Shown here: positions 1 through 11,865 of the stretch, in pieces
How positions within the stretch are numbered: position 1 is the stretch's first letter
How the letters are laid out: each line of letters begins with the position of its first letter
Assembly (NCBI RefSeq): GCF_001194135.2
Contig: NC_068981.1
Location: 125,232,667-125,279,206 of the forward strand
Reading direction: 5' to 3'
DNA length: 46,540 nucleotides
Origin: Octopus bimaculoides
Taxonomy: Eukaryota
Notes under the pieces: model-generated
Seen by the model: the letters and a program-made list of their open reading frames with translations, nothing else
Database searches by the model: none
Told to the model about the DNA's origin: nothing
Position numbers and translations under genes: made by a program

Positions 1-21
1 ATATATATATATATATACACA

Positions 22-148
22 CAGTGGTCCCCCAGTATTCGTGGGGGTTACATTCCTAGAGCACCCGCAAATAATGAAAATCCGCGAACATTGGATGTGG
101 TCCATAAAAATGCCTATAATGTCAAAATGTAACGTAAAATATTATATA
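22..148 (-). mobile_element. Terminal region of a Tigger/pogo-like DNA transposon
   Basis: Begins CAGTGGTCCCCCAGTATTCGTGGGGGTTACATTCC after a (TA)n(CA)n run, resembling pogo/Tigger TIRs. A matching CENP-B-type HTH fragment lies at 1700-1914. The partner TIR was not found. Confidence 0.55.
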
Positions 149-150
149 TA

Positions 151-1313
151 CAGGGGTTGGACAAAATAATGGAAACATCTAGCATCATAATTTTGAAATT
201 ATCTATAAAACGGTCAAAAGCTTGTTTATTTCTATGTTTTTTGATTTATTAATAGTGTTGCTTAATATGTTTTGCTAAAATTGCTGTTTCTTTTTAGATA
301 TCGTCAGAAAAAGATAATTAAAATTCATTAAAATGACAGATCTATCAGACTTTCAAAGAGGTCAAATTGTTGGTGCTCATATGGCAGGCACTAGCATAAC
401 GAAAACAGCCGAAATGTTTGGTGTATTAAGAAATACTGTCTCGAAAGTAATGACAGTCTTTGAGAAAGAGGGAAAAACCTCCTTGTCGAAACAAAACTCT
501 GGATTTAAACCAAAGCTTTCAGACAGGGAACATCGGACTCTTACACGAATTGTTAGAAAGGATCACAAAAGTACAGCTCCCAAAATTACAGCAGAGCTTA
601 ATGACCACCTCGAGAACTCAGTTTCTACAAAAACTGTTCACTGGGAGCTGCATAAATCTAGATTTCACAGGAGGGCTGCAATCAGAAAACCACTACTTTC
701 AAAAACGAACATTGCAAAGCGTTTAGAGTGAAGTAAAAATCTACAGAATTGGTCCCTAGAGCAGTGGAAGAATGTTATTTTCTTGGACAAGTCATCCTTT
801 ACCTTATTTCCAACCACCAGCCGAGTATACGTATGGAGACAGCCAAAAGAATCATTTGACCCAGACTTCCTTTTTCCAACTGTTAAACATGGAAGAGGAT
901 CTGTGATGATCTGGAGGCTATATCTTGGAAATCCGCCGGCTCAATGGTTTCCCTTCATGAGTGAATTAACAGACATGACTATTTAGGAAATTTTATCTGA
1001 TCAAATTCATCCTATGGTTGCGGAACTGTTTCTGAAGGGACACACAATCTTTCAGGATGATAATGCACCAATTCACACAGCTAAAGTTGTTACTGAATGT
1101 CACGAGGAACATTCTAGTGAAGTTGAACATCTTATCTGGCCACCACAATCCCCAGATTCTATTTTATTGAACATTTATGGTGCAATTTAGAAAAACAAGT
1201 AAGGGGTTCATACCTTATAGAATTCAAGCTGTAATTACTGTCAAAGGCAGTCCTACTCCAAAATAAATTTGTCTGAAATTTTGAGGTGTTTCCATTATTT
1301 TGTCCAAACCCTG
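151..1313 (+). mobile_element. Tc1-family DNA transposon, DD36E (Incomer-like), near full length but defective
   Basis: 30-bp TIRs: CAGGGGTTGGACAAAATAATGGAAACATCT at 151-180 and the reverse-complement match at 1284-1313 with 2 mismatches. TA flanks at 149-150 and 1314-1315. Confidence 0.95.
333..1266 (+). pseudogene. Disrupted Tc1 transposase
   Basis: MTDLSDFQRGQIVG... paired-like HTH, then a premature TGA at 729-731. It continues WKNVIFLDKSSF, TVKHGRGSVMIW, FQDDNAPIHTAK, WPPQSPD, (I)EHLW and RIQAVITVKGSPTPK*, with frameshifts and a C-terminal internal deletion. Confidence 0.92.
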
Positions 1314-1315
1314 TA

Positions 1316-1699
1316 TAGGCACATAAAAAGCACCATTTGAGCGTGATTGTTACCAGCGTCGCCTTACTGGCACTTGTGCTAGTAGCATGTGAAAAAACAT
1401 TCGACCGAGGTCATTGCCAGTGCCGCTGGACTGGCTCCTGTGCAGGTGGCTTGTAAAAAACACCATTTGAGTGTTGCCGTTGCCACTACCACCTGACTGG
1501 CCCTCATGCCAGTGGCATGTAAAAGCACCCACTACACTCTCGGAGTGGTTGGCGTTAGGAAGGGCATCCAGCTGTAGAAACTCAGGCAGATCAGATTGGA
1601 GTCTGGTGCAGCCATCTGGTTCGCCAGTCCTCAGTCAAATGGTCTAACCCATGCTAGCATGGAAAGCGGACGTTAAATGATGATGATGATGATGATGAT
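1316..1699 (+). mobile_element. 3' UTR and tail of an RTE-type LINE (5'-truncated) ending in (GAT)n
   Basis: Internal ~65-70 bp tandem subrepeats, then GGTTGGCGTTAGGAAGGGCATCCAGCTGTAGAAA...CCCATGCTAGCATGGAAAGCGGACGTTAAA(TGA)n. The same tail recurs at about 30600-30790, 34270-34357 and in fragments at 20290-20345 and 20440-20510. The RTE assignment is from recalled family knowledge. Confidence 0.7.
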
Positions 1700-1914
1700 C
1701 TTACTGCTATGGTAGACCTGATCACTACCTCGTTATTCTTTATGTAGTGTATGGTGCTTTTGCTGATATCATAACAGCAACCTACTGTGGCATAACTTTT
1801 ACCTTCCTGGAGCATATCCAGCAGATGTACCTTCTCATGAAGTGCCATAACCTTTTTCTGACACTTAGGTTCACTGTTAGAAACCTTAGAAGGTGTAGGG
1901 CATTTGGCTAGCAT
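1700..1914 (-). pseudogene. Tigger/pogo transposase N-terminal CENP-B-type HTH fragment
   Basis: KKVMALHEKVHLLDMLQEGKSYATVGCCYDISKSTIHYIKNNE matches the CENP-B/Tigger first HTH pattern. The ORF runs into the (ATC)n of the RTE tail. Confidence 0.8.
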
Positions 1915-2136
1915 CTAAGGGCTTTAATAACATGCTGCAAAAAATGCAACACTCAACAAAACACTCGAGATAGCTACTGGATGCAGTCCCCCCCCCCTTC
2001 CCCCAAAATGTACAAAAAAATCTTTCTTGCGTCTAATATGTACATATCATCAATGGGAGATTGAGCAGAGATTTAAAATAATCATGGCTTTGTAAAATTT
2101 AGTTTGTATTATCACTAGATACAGTAATCTATATTA

Positions 2137-2174
<38 letters not shown>

Positions 2175-2371
2175 CCTAATTTCAATGAGGCTATATTGGC
2201 TGACAACCTTAAAAATTATCCTGTTGAAATAAACAGTGTGTATGATGAAATGTAGTGATGATTTAAAAAAGCACTGGTATACAATTGATGTTCAGTCTCG
2301 TGTTGTATATATCTTTAATCTGTCACTGCTAGCCCAAGTAATACTGGTATGATACACTGTATGTGTGTGTG

Positions 2372-2408
<37 letters not shown>

Positions 2409-2494
2409 ATGAGTATATATGTGTGTGTATATATATATATGTATACATATACTTTCACTACAATGAAAGGTTGTTCTTGAGAGACAAATGCAGC

Positions 2495-2537
<43 letters not shown>

Positions 2538-2582
2538 TGTGTGAAATATATATAGATGTTGCTATACATACATGTATGTTTT

Positions 2583-2630
<48 letters not shown>

Positions 2631-2949
2631 NNNNNNNNNNNNNNNNNNNNNNNNNNNNNNNNNNNNNNNNNNNNNNNNNNNNNNNNNNNNNNNNNNNNNN
2701 NNNNNNNNNNNNNNNNNNNNNNNNNNNNNNNNNNNNNNNNNNNNNNNNNNNNNNNNNNNNNNNNNNNNNNNNNNNNNNNNNNNNNNNNNNNNNNNNNNNN
2801 NNNNNNNNNNNNNNNNNNNNNNNNNNNNNNNNNNNNNNNNNNNNNNNNNNNNNNNNNNNNNNNNNNNNNNNNNNNNNNNNNNNNNNNNNNNNNNNNNNNN
2901 NNNNNNNNNNNNNNNNNNNNNNNNNNNNNNNNNNNNNNNNNNNNNNNNN
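2631..2949. other. Assembly gap (319 N) after a (TA)n run
   Basis: N run. Confidence 1.
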
Positions 2950-3079
2950 GTACCTTTCTGTTGAAGAGCGTAGGCTTGAAACGTAAAAGACTTTCTCACC
3001 TTCCCAAGCGTTAAACTAATACACCTGTTTGTTGTTTATACACTTGTCTTCGTCTTTTGTTTTTCTGTAAATTTCAACC

Positions 3080-3129
<50 letters not shown>

Positions 3130-4045
3130 TTATTATCATACCTTACATTGGATTTGAAACCTAGTAGTTTTAATTAGTTACCAAACCTGCTTGACTATTC
3201 TAAAGGGTATATTAAAAATAAATTTTTTTATTTTTTTTAGGTCTAGTCCATATTATTTATATAAGCTTGCTCTCATCATTATAATTTCTTTCTACTGGTG
3301 CCTTCGTTGATGTTTGTGTGTGTTCTTTACCCTGAAGAGGGGGTTATCACTAGTTTGTGTTCTATTGTGCTCTAAATACGGTGATGTACCCCCGAAATGG
3401 CCATAGGTGTTTCGTGTTTGTATTCCGACCTATATTTGTAATCCTTTGTAAATGATGTTAAATTATGGATTGATTTTACCGATGTTACTTGCTGGATGTT
3501 AGTTTAATGTATCGACTTGTGTGCCTTGACTTTCTTGGACTTAAATAACGTTGATGGTGAAATATGGATTTTACTTTGTTACACATTGAATGTTGTGTTA
3601 TTATGTCGTCCCGTGTACTTCGGTATTCCTGCGTATGAATTACGAAATTGGATTTTACCTGCTAAATTTGCTGTCATGAGGGAAGTAATGAACTTTCGTA
3701 CAATTTAAACTTAAACTTCTTTTATTAGGCATTAATCTCAACGATGAACTATTTTACTACATTTCCCTATGCATTATTTTTTTTTCTCTATATTATTTTT
3801 TCTATATATATATTTTTTTATTCCACTATATCTGTACCGCTCTATAATATTTTTTTAATCACCTTTTAATCACAGTTTATTTATTTATGTTATTCTATTA
3901 TATTTTTAATCGATTTTATTCTTATGTATAAAAATTTTGACTTCCCTTTGCTAATTTGGTTTTGTGGTTTATGCTGTACTTCCTATATGTGGTCATTGGT
4001 GGGCTGTGGCTTTTTGAGTCGATGACCTAATGGTTTTATTCTGCA
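3130..4045 (+). mobile_element. Penelope-like element LTR/UTR remnant
   Basis: T-rich, relatively CpG-retaining segment between (TA)n runs, carrying a hammerhead motif typical of PLE pseudo-LTRs. No RT or GIY-YIG coding sequence was recognised, and the boundaries are approximate. Confidence 0.55.
3328..3409 (+). ncRNA. Type I hammerhead ribozyme motif (probably CpG-inactivated)
   Basis: Stem I TACC (3328-3331) pairs with GGTG (3406-3409). Core CTGAAGA at 3332-3338, stem II GGGGG (3339-3343) with CCCCC (3389-3393), and GAAA at 3394-3397. Then TGGCCATA, which is CGGCCGTA after two CpG transitions. Predicted cleavage is after 3405. Confidence 0.8.
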
Positions 4046-4046
4046 A

Positions 4047-4089
<43 letters not shown>

Positions 4090-4091
<2 letters not shown>

Positions 4092-4243
4092 ATGGGTTTC
4101 TTTCAGTTTCCATCCACTAAATCCACTCACAAGACTTTGTCAGCCTGAGATTATAGTGGAAGACACTTGCCCTAGGTGCCACACTGTGGGACTGAACCCA
4201 AAACCACGTGGTTGGGAAGCAAGCTCCTTACCAAACAGCCACT
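4090..4243 (-). mobile_element. tRNA-derived SINE family A, head fragment
   Basis: Reverse complement of GTGGCTGTTTGGTAAGGAGCTTGCTTCCCAACCACGTGGTTTTGGGTTCAGTCCCAC (A/B-box-like) followed by the shared body ...AGTGGATTT...GGAAACTGAAAGAA. Confidence 0.85.
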
Positions 4244-5074
4244 TGCTCTTACTTTTTCCATACAGCAGTTCTTTTGTTGTCAAAGTTTATGGGTAATACC
4301 ACCCTTCTTTAGATTAAAATGTAAAAAGAAAAAAAAAATTTCCCTACGGGGAAGGTCCTATAACACATGTGGCCTACAAACTGTATGTTGTGAAGTTTAT
4401 CTAACACAGTTATAGAGCAGCAATAGAAATATGATAATAATGATGATGACAAAGGTGGTAGTGGTGGTGATGTCAACAGTGACAATGAGTAACTTGGCAA
4501 CATTCTCTTCCTTCTAGAGGGAATACAAATACTATATAATGATACCATGGCCAAGATATCCACCATTCATGGCAGTCAGCCAAACACCGTAGCTAATGTC
4601 AACATGGTGAAATGACCAACCAACAACAATTAATGATAATGATCATTATTAAGTAACTGTAGGTTATATGAACTTTCAAATTTTGTCTTTGCCAACAGCT
4701 TTAATAAAATATGAGTAACATTCTAGTATTCAACAATATACATCAATGTTTCTACAGACAATATAGAATATATGTCATTGGATGTCTGCTAGCAATCGAT
4801 CAACAGTTTGGTCATGAATGATATAATCTTCCCAAAATACTAAGCTACTGTATTTCTAGGCTTAAATCCTAATTCATCTTAATTCTGCTGGACTCCAAAA
4901 ACATCCAGAATTTGCTTCTATGTTTTAACCTACATTTCTATGATGCTGCAGAGACATTTTCAGGTTTCTGCATAAAGATAAATATATATATATATATTTT
5001 TCTTTCTTATGTATGTTTTCTTATTTATCTCTTCATTAATGAATCATTAAATTGAAAATATTTCTCTGTGAAAG

Positions 5075-5300
5075 GCTATGAAATCCAACCAGCAATCTGA
5101 GGAAAAACAACAGAGAAAATACCAAAGACCATATGAGGGGCATCACTTTTCCACTGTGTCAAGTAGCTTCACCTGCTGCAGATGTCATCACAGCTGCAGA
5201 TCAAGAGCACGCCTTGCAGCCCACATGCAACCCTGCAAGAACAGTCAACATCAACCTACAACAGACAGCTGATGATGATATGTATGTATGTATGTATGTA
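5075..5300 (+). mobile_element. RTE LINE extreme 3' end with C-terminal C2HC-type zinc knuckle
   Basis: FTCCRCHHSCRSRARLAAHMQPC resembles the RTE C-terminal CxxC...SRIGLxSHxRxC motif. It is followed by a stop and (GAT)n/(GTAT)n tail. Confidence 0.7.
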
Positions 5301-5311
5301 TGCAAGGGAAG

Positions 5312-5356
<45 letters not shown>

Positions 5357-6254
5357 GGGAAGAGATCAAGTTACAAATCTTTGGTTAACTCTCATATCTT
5401 TTTGCACATGAAGATACACACACACACCCTTAGTTGTTTCTTCAGCACTATTAAGTGGAATTACTTAGTTTGAACTACTGAAAATGGAGCAACACAATAT
5501 TTCCCTATCCAGTCCCCATGAATCCTCATATATCCTAGATACCATTGCAATAGATATATCCTCTCATTTCGAAATGTCTTCAGTATATTGTCAGTTATAT
5601 ATTCCAGATTCAGCTAAAGTAAATTCCTTTGATCTCATTTGCTGCTCTGTCTATCACATTAATTACACTCACTATAGACATTTCATGCTTGACATTAACT
5701 TTTTATGTTCTATATGATATACACTCTAACATCTGCACATAAAATGATTTCCTTTGTCTCTGCTAATGGGAAATATATGCAAGTTTTAAAGCTGCCAAAA
5801 GTACTTATACACTGTAATGAATTGCACTATAAATGCATCCTAAATGCCAAAAGCCTTTAAAAACATTGATATTTATACCTGGTTTCAAGATGTTCAGTAA
5901 ATGCGAAATAAATCTCACTACTATGGATAACATTCCTGGATAATCTGGTACCTATTCTTGACATCTGAGGCAATGCAAAGTAAAATTTTCTGCTCAGGAA
6001 CAAAATGAAATGCATGCAGTGAATTAGATCTCATGCTCTTTGTGTAGGTAGTGCAATACCTTAACCACTCAGTAACTGTGCATCACAAAAGCTATTTTTC
6101 TAAGATGTCTACTAGATAGGGTATTTTTTTTTTTAGATGAGTGATTCAAATCACACCTTGAATTAATATTATGTATAGGGACAGCTCCTCGTAGTAAGTC
6201 AGAGCAGTCTTAAATTTTTTAGTTTGAAGTAATATCCAACACAACTTCTCACAA

Positions 6255-6405
6255 TTGTGTGTCTTCACTGAAAGCTTCAATCAAGTGAGCATTTGGTAAA
6301 ATGAAAAAGGAAGAAATAGTTAAGACATGCGCATCATTTAGTAAATGGATTGAACTGGTAAAGAAAGTAAATGGTGGTCACACTGAACTGAAATAAGTGC
6401 TAAAC
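6255..6405 (+). mobile_element. Tc1/mariner (maT-like) transposase C-terminal remnant
   Basis: SLKASIK*AFGKMKKEEIVKTCASFSKWIELVKKVNGGHTELK* resembles the typical end ...F..R.E.V....GGHIE*. Confidence 0.45.
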
Positions 6406-6944
6406 ATTCCACAATAAATTAGCATAAACATAAAATTTGCAGTGTTTGATTTTTCCAAGTTATACCAATTATAATAAAGATATCTAAATGGTCCCAATTT
6501 ACCTGTTATACCCTGTGTATATATTAGCAACTGAAGCATATTAATACAGAGAGATAATTTTAATCCCCACTTAAACGTAAATATTCAGTTCTAACAAACT
6601 ACACTGCAGTAGATACCATGAGAGAAACTTTTCTGTCTGGCTTTTGATGCAAAATGCACTCTTGTTTATATCACTAGTGGGGTGACAAATCCCTGCCATC
6701 TCCAGTGCCAAGACCACCAGATCAAGTGATTTTGACCTTCTTTGGACTTGTCAATAATAGAGTCAACTGCTAGAGATAGCAGTGACTCATCTCCCCACCA
6801 GCAATATATAGAAAAACATTGCCAGAACAGGCACTGGTGTCGTGATTAACCAGTGAGCTTGTTAAAAAGGAATATATTAGCGACAGAGACTGTATTAACA
6901 CAGAGCGATAATGTTTGCATATATTTATGTGTATGTGTATGTAT

Positions 6945-6977
<33 letters not shown>

Positions 6978-7234
6978 TCAAAGCAGTGATCAATGATTTT
7001 TACGAAACTGGTATGCTTTTGAATCTCTTTAACAATTCACAATAATGACTTTTATTACTTTTATTCCTACCTCAGTTCATCTAATTGTATATATCTATCA
7101 TTACTTTTCATTAAAAGCCTTTACTTTTTTTGATTTCCAATGTGCATTTTCGCTTATTTTTCTTCTTACTTTCCCCTAACATTTCCACATGTAGTTTTTA
7201 TTTTCTTTTTGTAACATATTTATATATATATATA

Positions 7235-7530
7235 TATTTCTGTTACTTGTTTCTCTTATTAGATTGCAGCCTTGAATTTTAGTCAAATGAATTGACTCCA
7301 GTACTTTTTTATTTTTCAACTTGAGACTTATATTGTCACTCTCTTTTGCCGAACTGCTAAGTTACAGAGATATAAACACACCAAAACCAGTTGTCAAGCA
7401 GTGACAGGCGGGGGACAAACACACATGCACATATACAACAAGCTTCTTTCAGTTTCCATCTATCAAATCCACTCATATGGCTTTGATAGACCCACTGCAT
7501 GGCACCTTGGGTAAGTGTCTTCTACCTTGG
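7235..7530 (-). mobile_element. SINE family A, degraded copy
   Basis: Shares GAACTGCTAAGTTAC, GTTGTCAAGC, GGGGACAAACAC and CTTCTTTCAGTTTCCATCTA motifs with other copies. A short plus-orientation head piece follows at about 7493-7530. Confidence 0.8.
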
Positions 7531-10319
7531 GTAAGGAAGGTAAATAGTAGCAAAGTATTACTAAATTTGTAGGTGTGCATATAATTTGGAGAGTCTAAAA
7601 TTTGAATCAATAAACAGTCATAAATTGTGTGACAGTAATAGATATTTTTAAATTTATGGGTTATAGACTTCAATAAAGCTAAAGAAGAAAATAGTTATGC
7701 CATAAATTTATGAGGTTATATGAAGTTATATGAAATTGGAGAAACTCTAGAAGTCATAGAATCATAGTAAAATTAATTAAGTTGACTGTAGATTATTGTC
7801 AATGAATAAAGAGTATAGAGAAAAACCATCATTCGAAGCAGTAATGAAAAAAATGAGCAGTAGGTTATAGATATCTTGATAATATTATGATTTGAGCTGA
7901 GTATATGAGGTTATAGATGATGAGGTTGAATACACTTCAATAATTATATAAAATTGTACATTAAATTGAAAATATTAAAATGTAAGCCAAGAAAAGAAAG
8001 TAAAAGTAATCTATGAATTATTGAAGTTGAAGGCTATGTATACCAATATCAGTTAATTGTAAGAGAAAGAATATAATCATTTATTGAAGAGCTAATACAC
8101 AAGGACATAACTAATATGGCCTTATATATATGAAGAAAATATAAATGTGTAAAAATGAATAACATAATAAAGTAATGAAGGAGATGAAAAATGCACAGTG
8201 GTGAAAATATATATACAAGGGACATATAACTGCAGATATCTAATAACATCCCAGTTAAGTGCCAAATGTGTTGAAATATGTTTACATTTCGAGATTTTAA
8301 GATATAATCAAAAGAAAATGAATTATGCATCACCTTTGAGCCATTAAGAATATTTCTCAAATACATAAACATGCAAGGAAAACATAACCTAGGAATGACT
8401 TAGCTTTCACTTTGATATGTGTACACTTGATAAGTGTAACACATATCAAAGAATATATAAATGAAGATATAAGATACATGGTTATGTATATTTACACAAC
8501 ATACACTGACAGATACACATATATGGATATGTACATATACATACATACAAAAAAAAATAGACACACACACATATATGGCCTACGTATATACTTACATACA
8601 ACTGCTTGATGGCTAGCGTTCGTGTGTTTACATTTCTGTAAGTTAGCAGTTCAGCCAAAGAGGCTGACAGTATTCTAATGGTCTCTTTGGCTGATTTAAA
8701 GAGAAAAAAATAAGCACTGGAACCAATTCATTTGAATAAAGCTCTTCAAAGTAGTTCATGACTGCAGTCCAATGATTGAAACAAGTAAAAAAAAAAAATA
8801 AAATAATCCAGTACATTTTCTTTATTAGCATCATTCTTTCTAACTACATTTATTATTTTACATCCATTTGTACATTTTCCTATGATTAGTATTTTGTTTT
8901 ATATTCAGAGATTTCAATATGCCTGAAGCAATTATGCTTACTGTTAAATACTCCACCTGTTTATAACTTGTTTGCAAGCAGAATTAAATGATTTTCTCAG
9001 AGTACAAACTCACTAGCTATATCAGTGAAGTTTGAACTTGGGATTACAGAATCAGTCAAGTAATACTTTAACCCCACAACCATTGTGCTTAATGCATATT
9101 CTTATAGAATTTCAGAAAAAGAGAAAATTAAAAAAATATATATATAAAATCAAGCTATTTTGGGAAGTAAAGTTTGCAAGTTTTAATCTGTTTATTTCGG
9201 TGAAAATTAGAAATTATTTATATAATCTTATTTAAAATAGTATATATCAATTGATGCTCAAAGCAATTCTTTGATATTTATATAATCAGGGTAAATATTG
9301 TTAATGTAGACGAAGTTTTATGTAACAACACTACACTACTTCACAATAAAATGATTAAAAAATACATTCATTTTCTCAATGTGTTTTTCATGGAATTTGC
9401 TCAATTCAGTCACTATCATCATAACCAACAACAACCAACACCAGCAACTGCAACAGAAACAGACAAGTGAGGAGCCTCCAAATGGTTGCTTGACATGCTA
9501 AAAATATTAGCCAAATTCCCTCAAATCACATTCTATTGTCTTAGAAAGGAAAAGCATGTTTGACTCAACTTTTGCTTGAAAATGTGAAGCCTTTGTTTTG
9601 GTAAAGATGAGATTTAAGGATATAGTCTTCATCACAATTGCAAAGAAAAAGAAAAGAAAAGAAAAAGGGTGGTTCTTTGAAGGATTCCTGCTTTTGTTAA
9701 AAACTTAGTCAACCATCTGTGCTGTATGAAAAATTTGATGGATTTTCACACATGATAGTAATGGCTTGACATTTTCATCCGGTATACAATAGTTCAACTG
9801 GATATGTAACACGACCATTCTATTAACACTACCAAGTCAGGGCAGTATCCTGACTAAAATATTAGAGGAAACAAAGACCAACAAAAACCAAACCAAGTTA
9901 GCAATTACAAACAATTCTATGCATTATCCCAATGATGGGAAGGAGAAGGGGAGGGTATGACAGAAAGGCATATATCTATACTTGCAGAGATATATACTAG
10001 AGTTTATAAGGCATTTTTGTAGTTTTTGAAGGTTTCCAAACTGAAGTATCTCAGACACAAATACCAAACTAAGAACATCATAAAGTCCTTTGCTAAACTA
10101 ATCAATTGTTAAGTCTAAATGATGGTATCTAATGTAAACAGTAGATTGCTAAAACATACATATGTATGCATTCCTTTTGATTCCTCCATTTCTGATAAAC
10201 TGTACAAGAAAATTCTCCAACTTGGAGAGCACATACCATTCCATGTAGGTTCTGTTATATATTCATAGAGTAAATTAAACATGTTAAACTGTAACTTATT
10301 TTGTATCAAAAAACTAAAG

Positions 10320-11862
10320 TAAAAGCTAGAGATCACACTGCTTTGACTGCAAAGCAACAGAAATTGGTCTGATGTATCCCAGGACATACTGGATGATGAC
10401 TCCTGTCATTATAAATCCAGACTCACTCATTCTTTTCAAATATGCCTGGGAATCTGACTTTGATTTGACAGAAGACATTATACTTATTTCTTCAAGAGCA
10501 TCTTTAACTTGATCACATTTAACAAGCAAAGTACTAAGTGAGTCAACTCTTGACAACCATCTCATTTCACAGAGAGTTGGTATGCCTTGCCTCATGTTAG
10601 AGGCAATAAATAGCTCTTCTGTATGTACCTCAAGATCACTCAACAATCCAATTAGTCCCTTCCGGGTAACTTTGGATTTCAAGATCAATTTTCTTTGGTG
10701 GCTATTGTTGAGAAAAAAGCTCATATCCCTGAATGTACTCATGAAATTTCTAATAGCAGGAACATCTTGGCAGGAACTAACCACTACAAGGTTGAGGCAA
10801 TGGTTTCTGCAAGGGTGAAATATTTTGCTTGTGGAAGAGTGTCTTTTATGAGTCTTGACACACCACAGACATCACCAGCCATCACAGGTGCTCCATCAAA
10901 GCCTTTTCCTCTCCACTAGCTTAAATCAACATTCCACTTCCTCAGGTTGGTCACCAGTGCCTCAGTGATTGATTGGGAATTTGTCTGCCCAAGCTGTATA
11001 AATCCAAGAAAATCTTCAGTTACCTCTTTGGTTCCTCACCATCTTTGATCCTGATATAATGTATACAAACTGATAGTTGCTCCATTGTGAATGCATCACA
11101 ACTTTCATCAGCCATGATACTGAAATAGTCAGCCTTCATGGCTTCATTAATGATTTGCCTCCTGATGGCCTTTGCAAGACATTCAATCAGTTGATTCTGG
11201 AGAACAAGAGATGAATATGTGGCATTCTTTGGTGCATTTTCCAGAAAGGCTGCAAATTGAGGATTTGCTTTCCCCTTAATAAAAAAGTTGAAATTACTGT
11301 CTTCCTCATTCTCTTTGGACCAGCTTCCTCTGAGTGAAATTCCTCTTTTTGCAAGGGAAGTGATTACATCAAGAATGTATAAATGAGCTAATCTGTTTTT
11401 TTCAATTCGCTGAGCATATGAAAGATGTTCTGTGATTGATTTCTTTTCTTCTTGGCATATCATCAAAAATTCATCAACCATTTTCATTGCTCCTTAATGG
11501 GTTCTGACTTTTCATGACGAGGTAGAGACCACAAGCATTCTTCCAATCCTGGAATGGTTTGGTTACAAATTCAGGATTGCTCATATCTTGGGCAGCAAAG
11601 CAAATACACACTGAACCAAAAACAGCATCCAGTGACTTAGAATACCTAAACCATGGAAACTTTTCTTCCCATGTTGGAGAATACCTTCTGTTCTGGTGAT
11701 TCTTTGGGTGTGTAAACTGCTTTGGTGGCTTCCAATTCTGCTGAAGAATGATCTTACACTCATTGTTCCCTATAGATGCTTGACTTTTTGAGATGGTTTG
11801 TATTTGTAGTGTTGAGATGCTAGATGTCAGAGACTCATTGCTGGTATTACTAGTTTCAGGTA
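10320..11862 (-). pseudogene. hAT-superfamily transposase of the ZMYM1/PRKRIR (DUF4371) type with TTF-type zinc finger, disrupted
   Basis: Minus-strand frames read WEEKFPWFRYSKSLDAVFGSVC...FVTKPFQDWKNA (TTF zinc finger), ISLRG...NFNFF...NATYSS..LQNQLIE, FSIMADESCD...EQLSVCIHY, RGKGFDGAPVMAG, HPCRNHCLNL and CEMRWLSRVDSL. Several stops and frameshifts; the C-terminal dimerisation domain is missing. Confidence 0.9.
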
Positions 11863-11865
11863 TAA

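Noticed and set aside
2315-3014. Several 84-152 aa ORFs
   Set aside because: They are translations of (TA)n/(CA)n/(GA)n and of the N gap.
6650-6900. Possible mariner remnant (QVILTFFGLV resembling KVMLTVFWD)
   Set aside because: A single weak motif with no TIR or further motifs.
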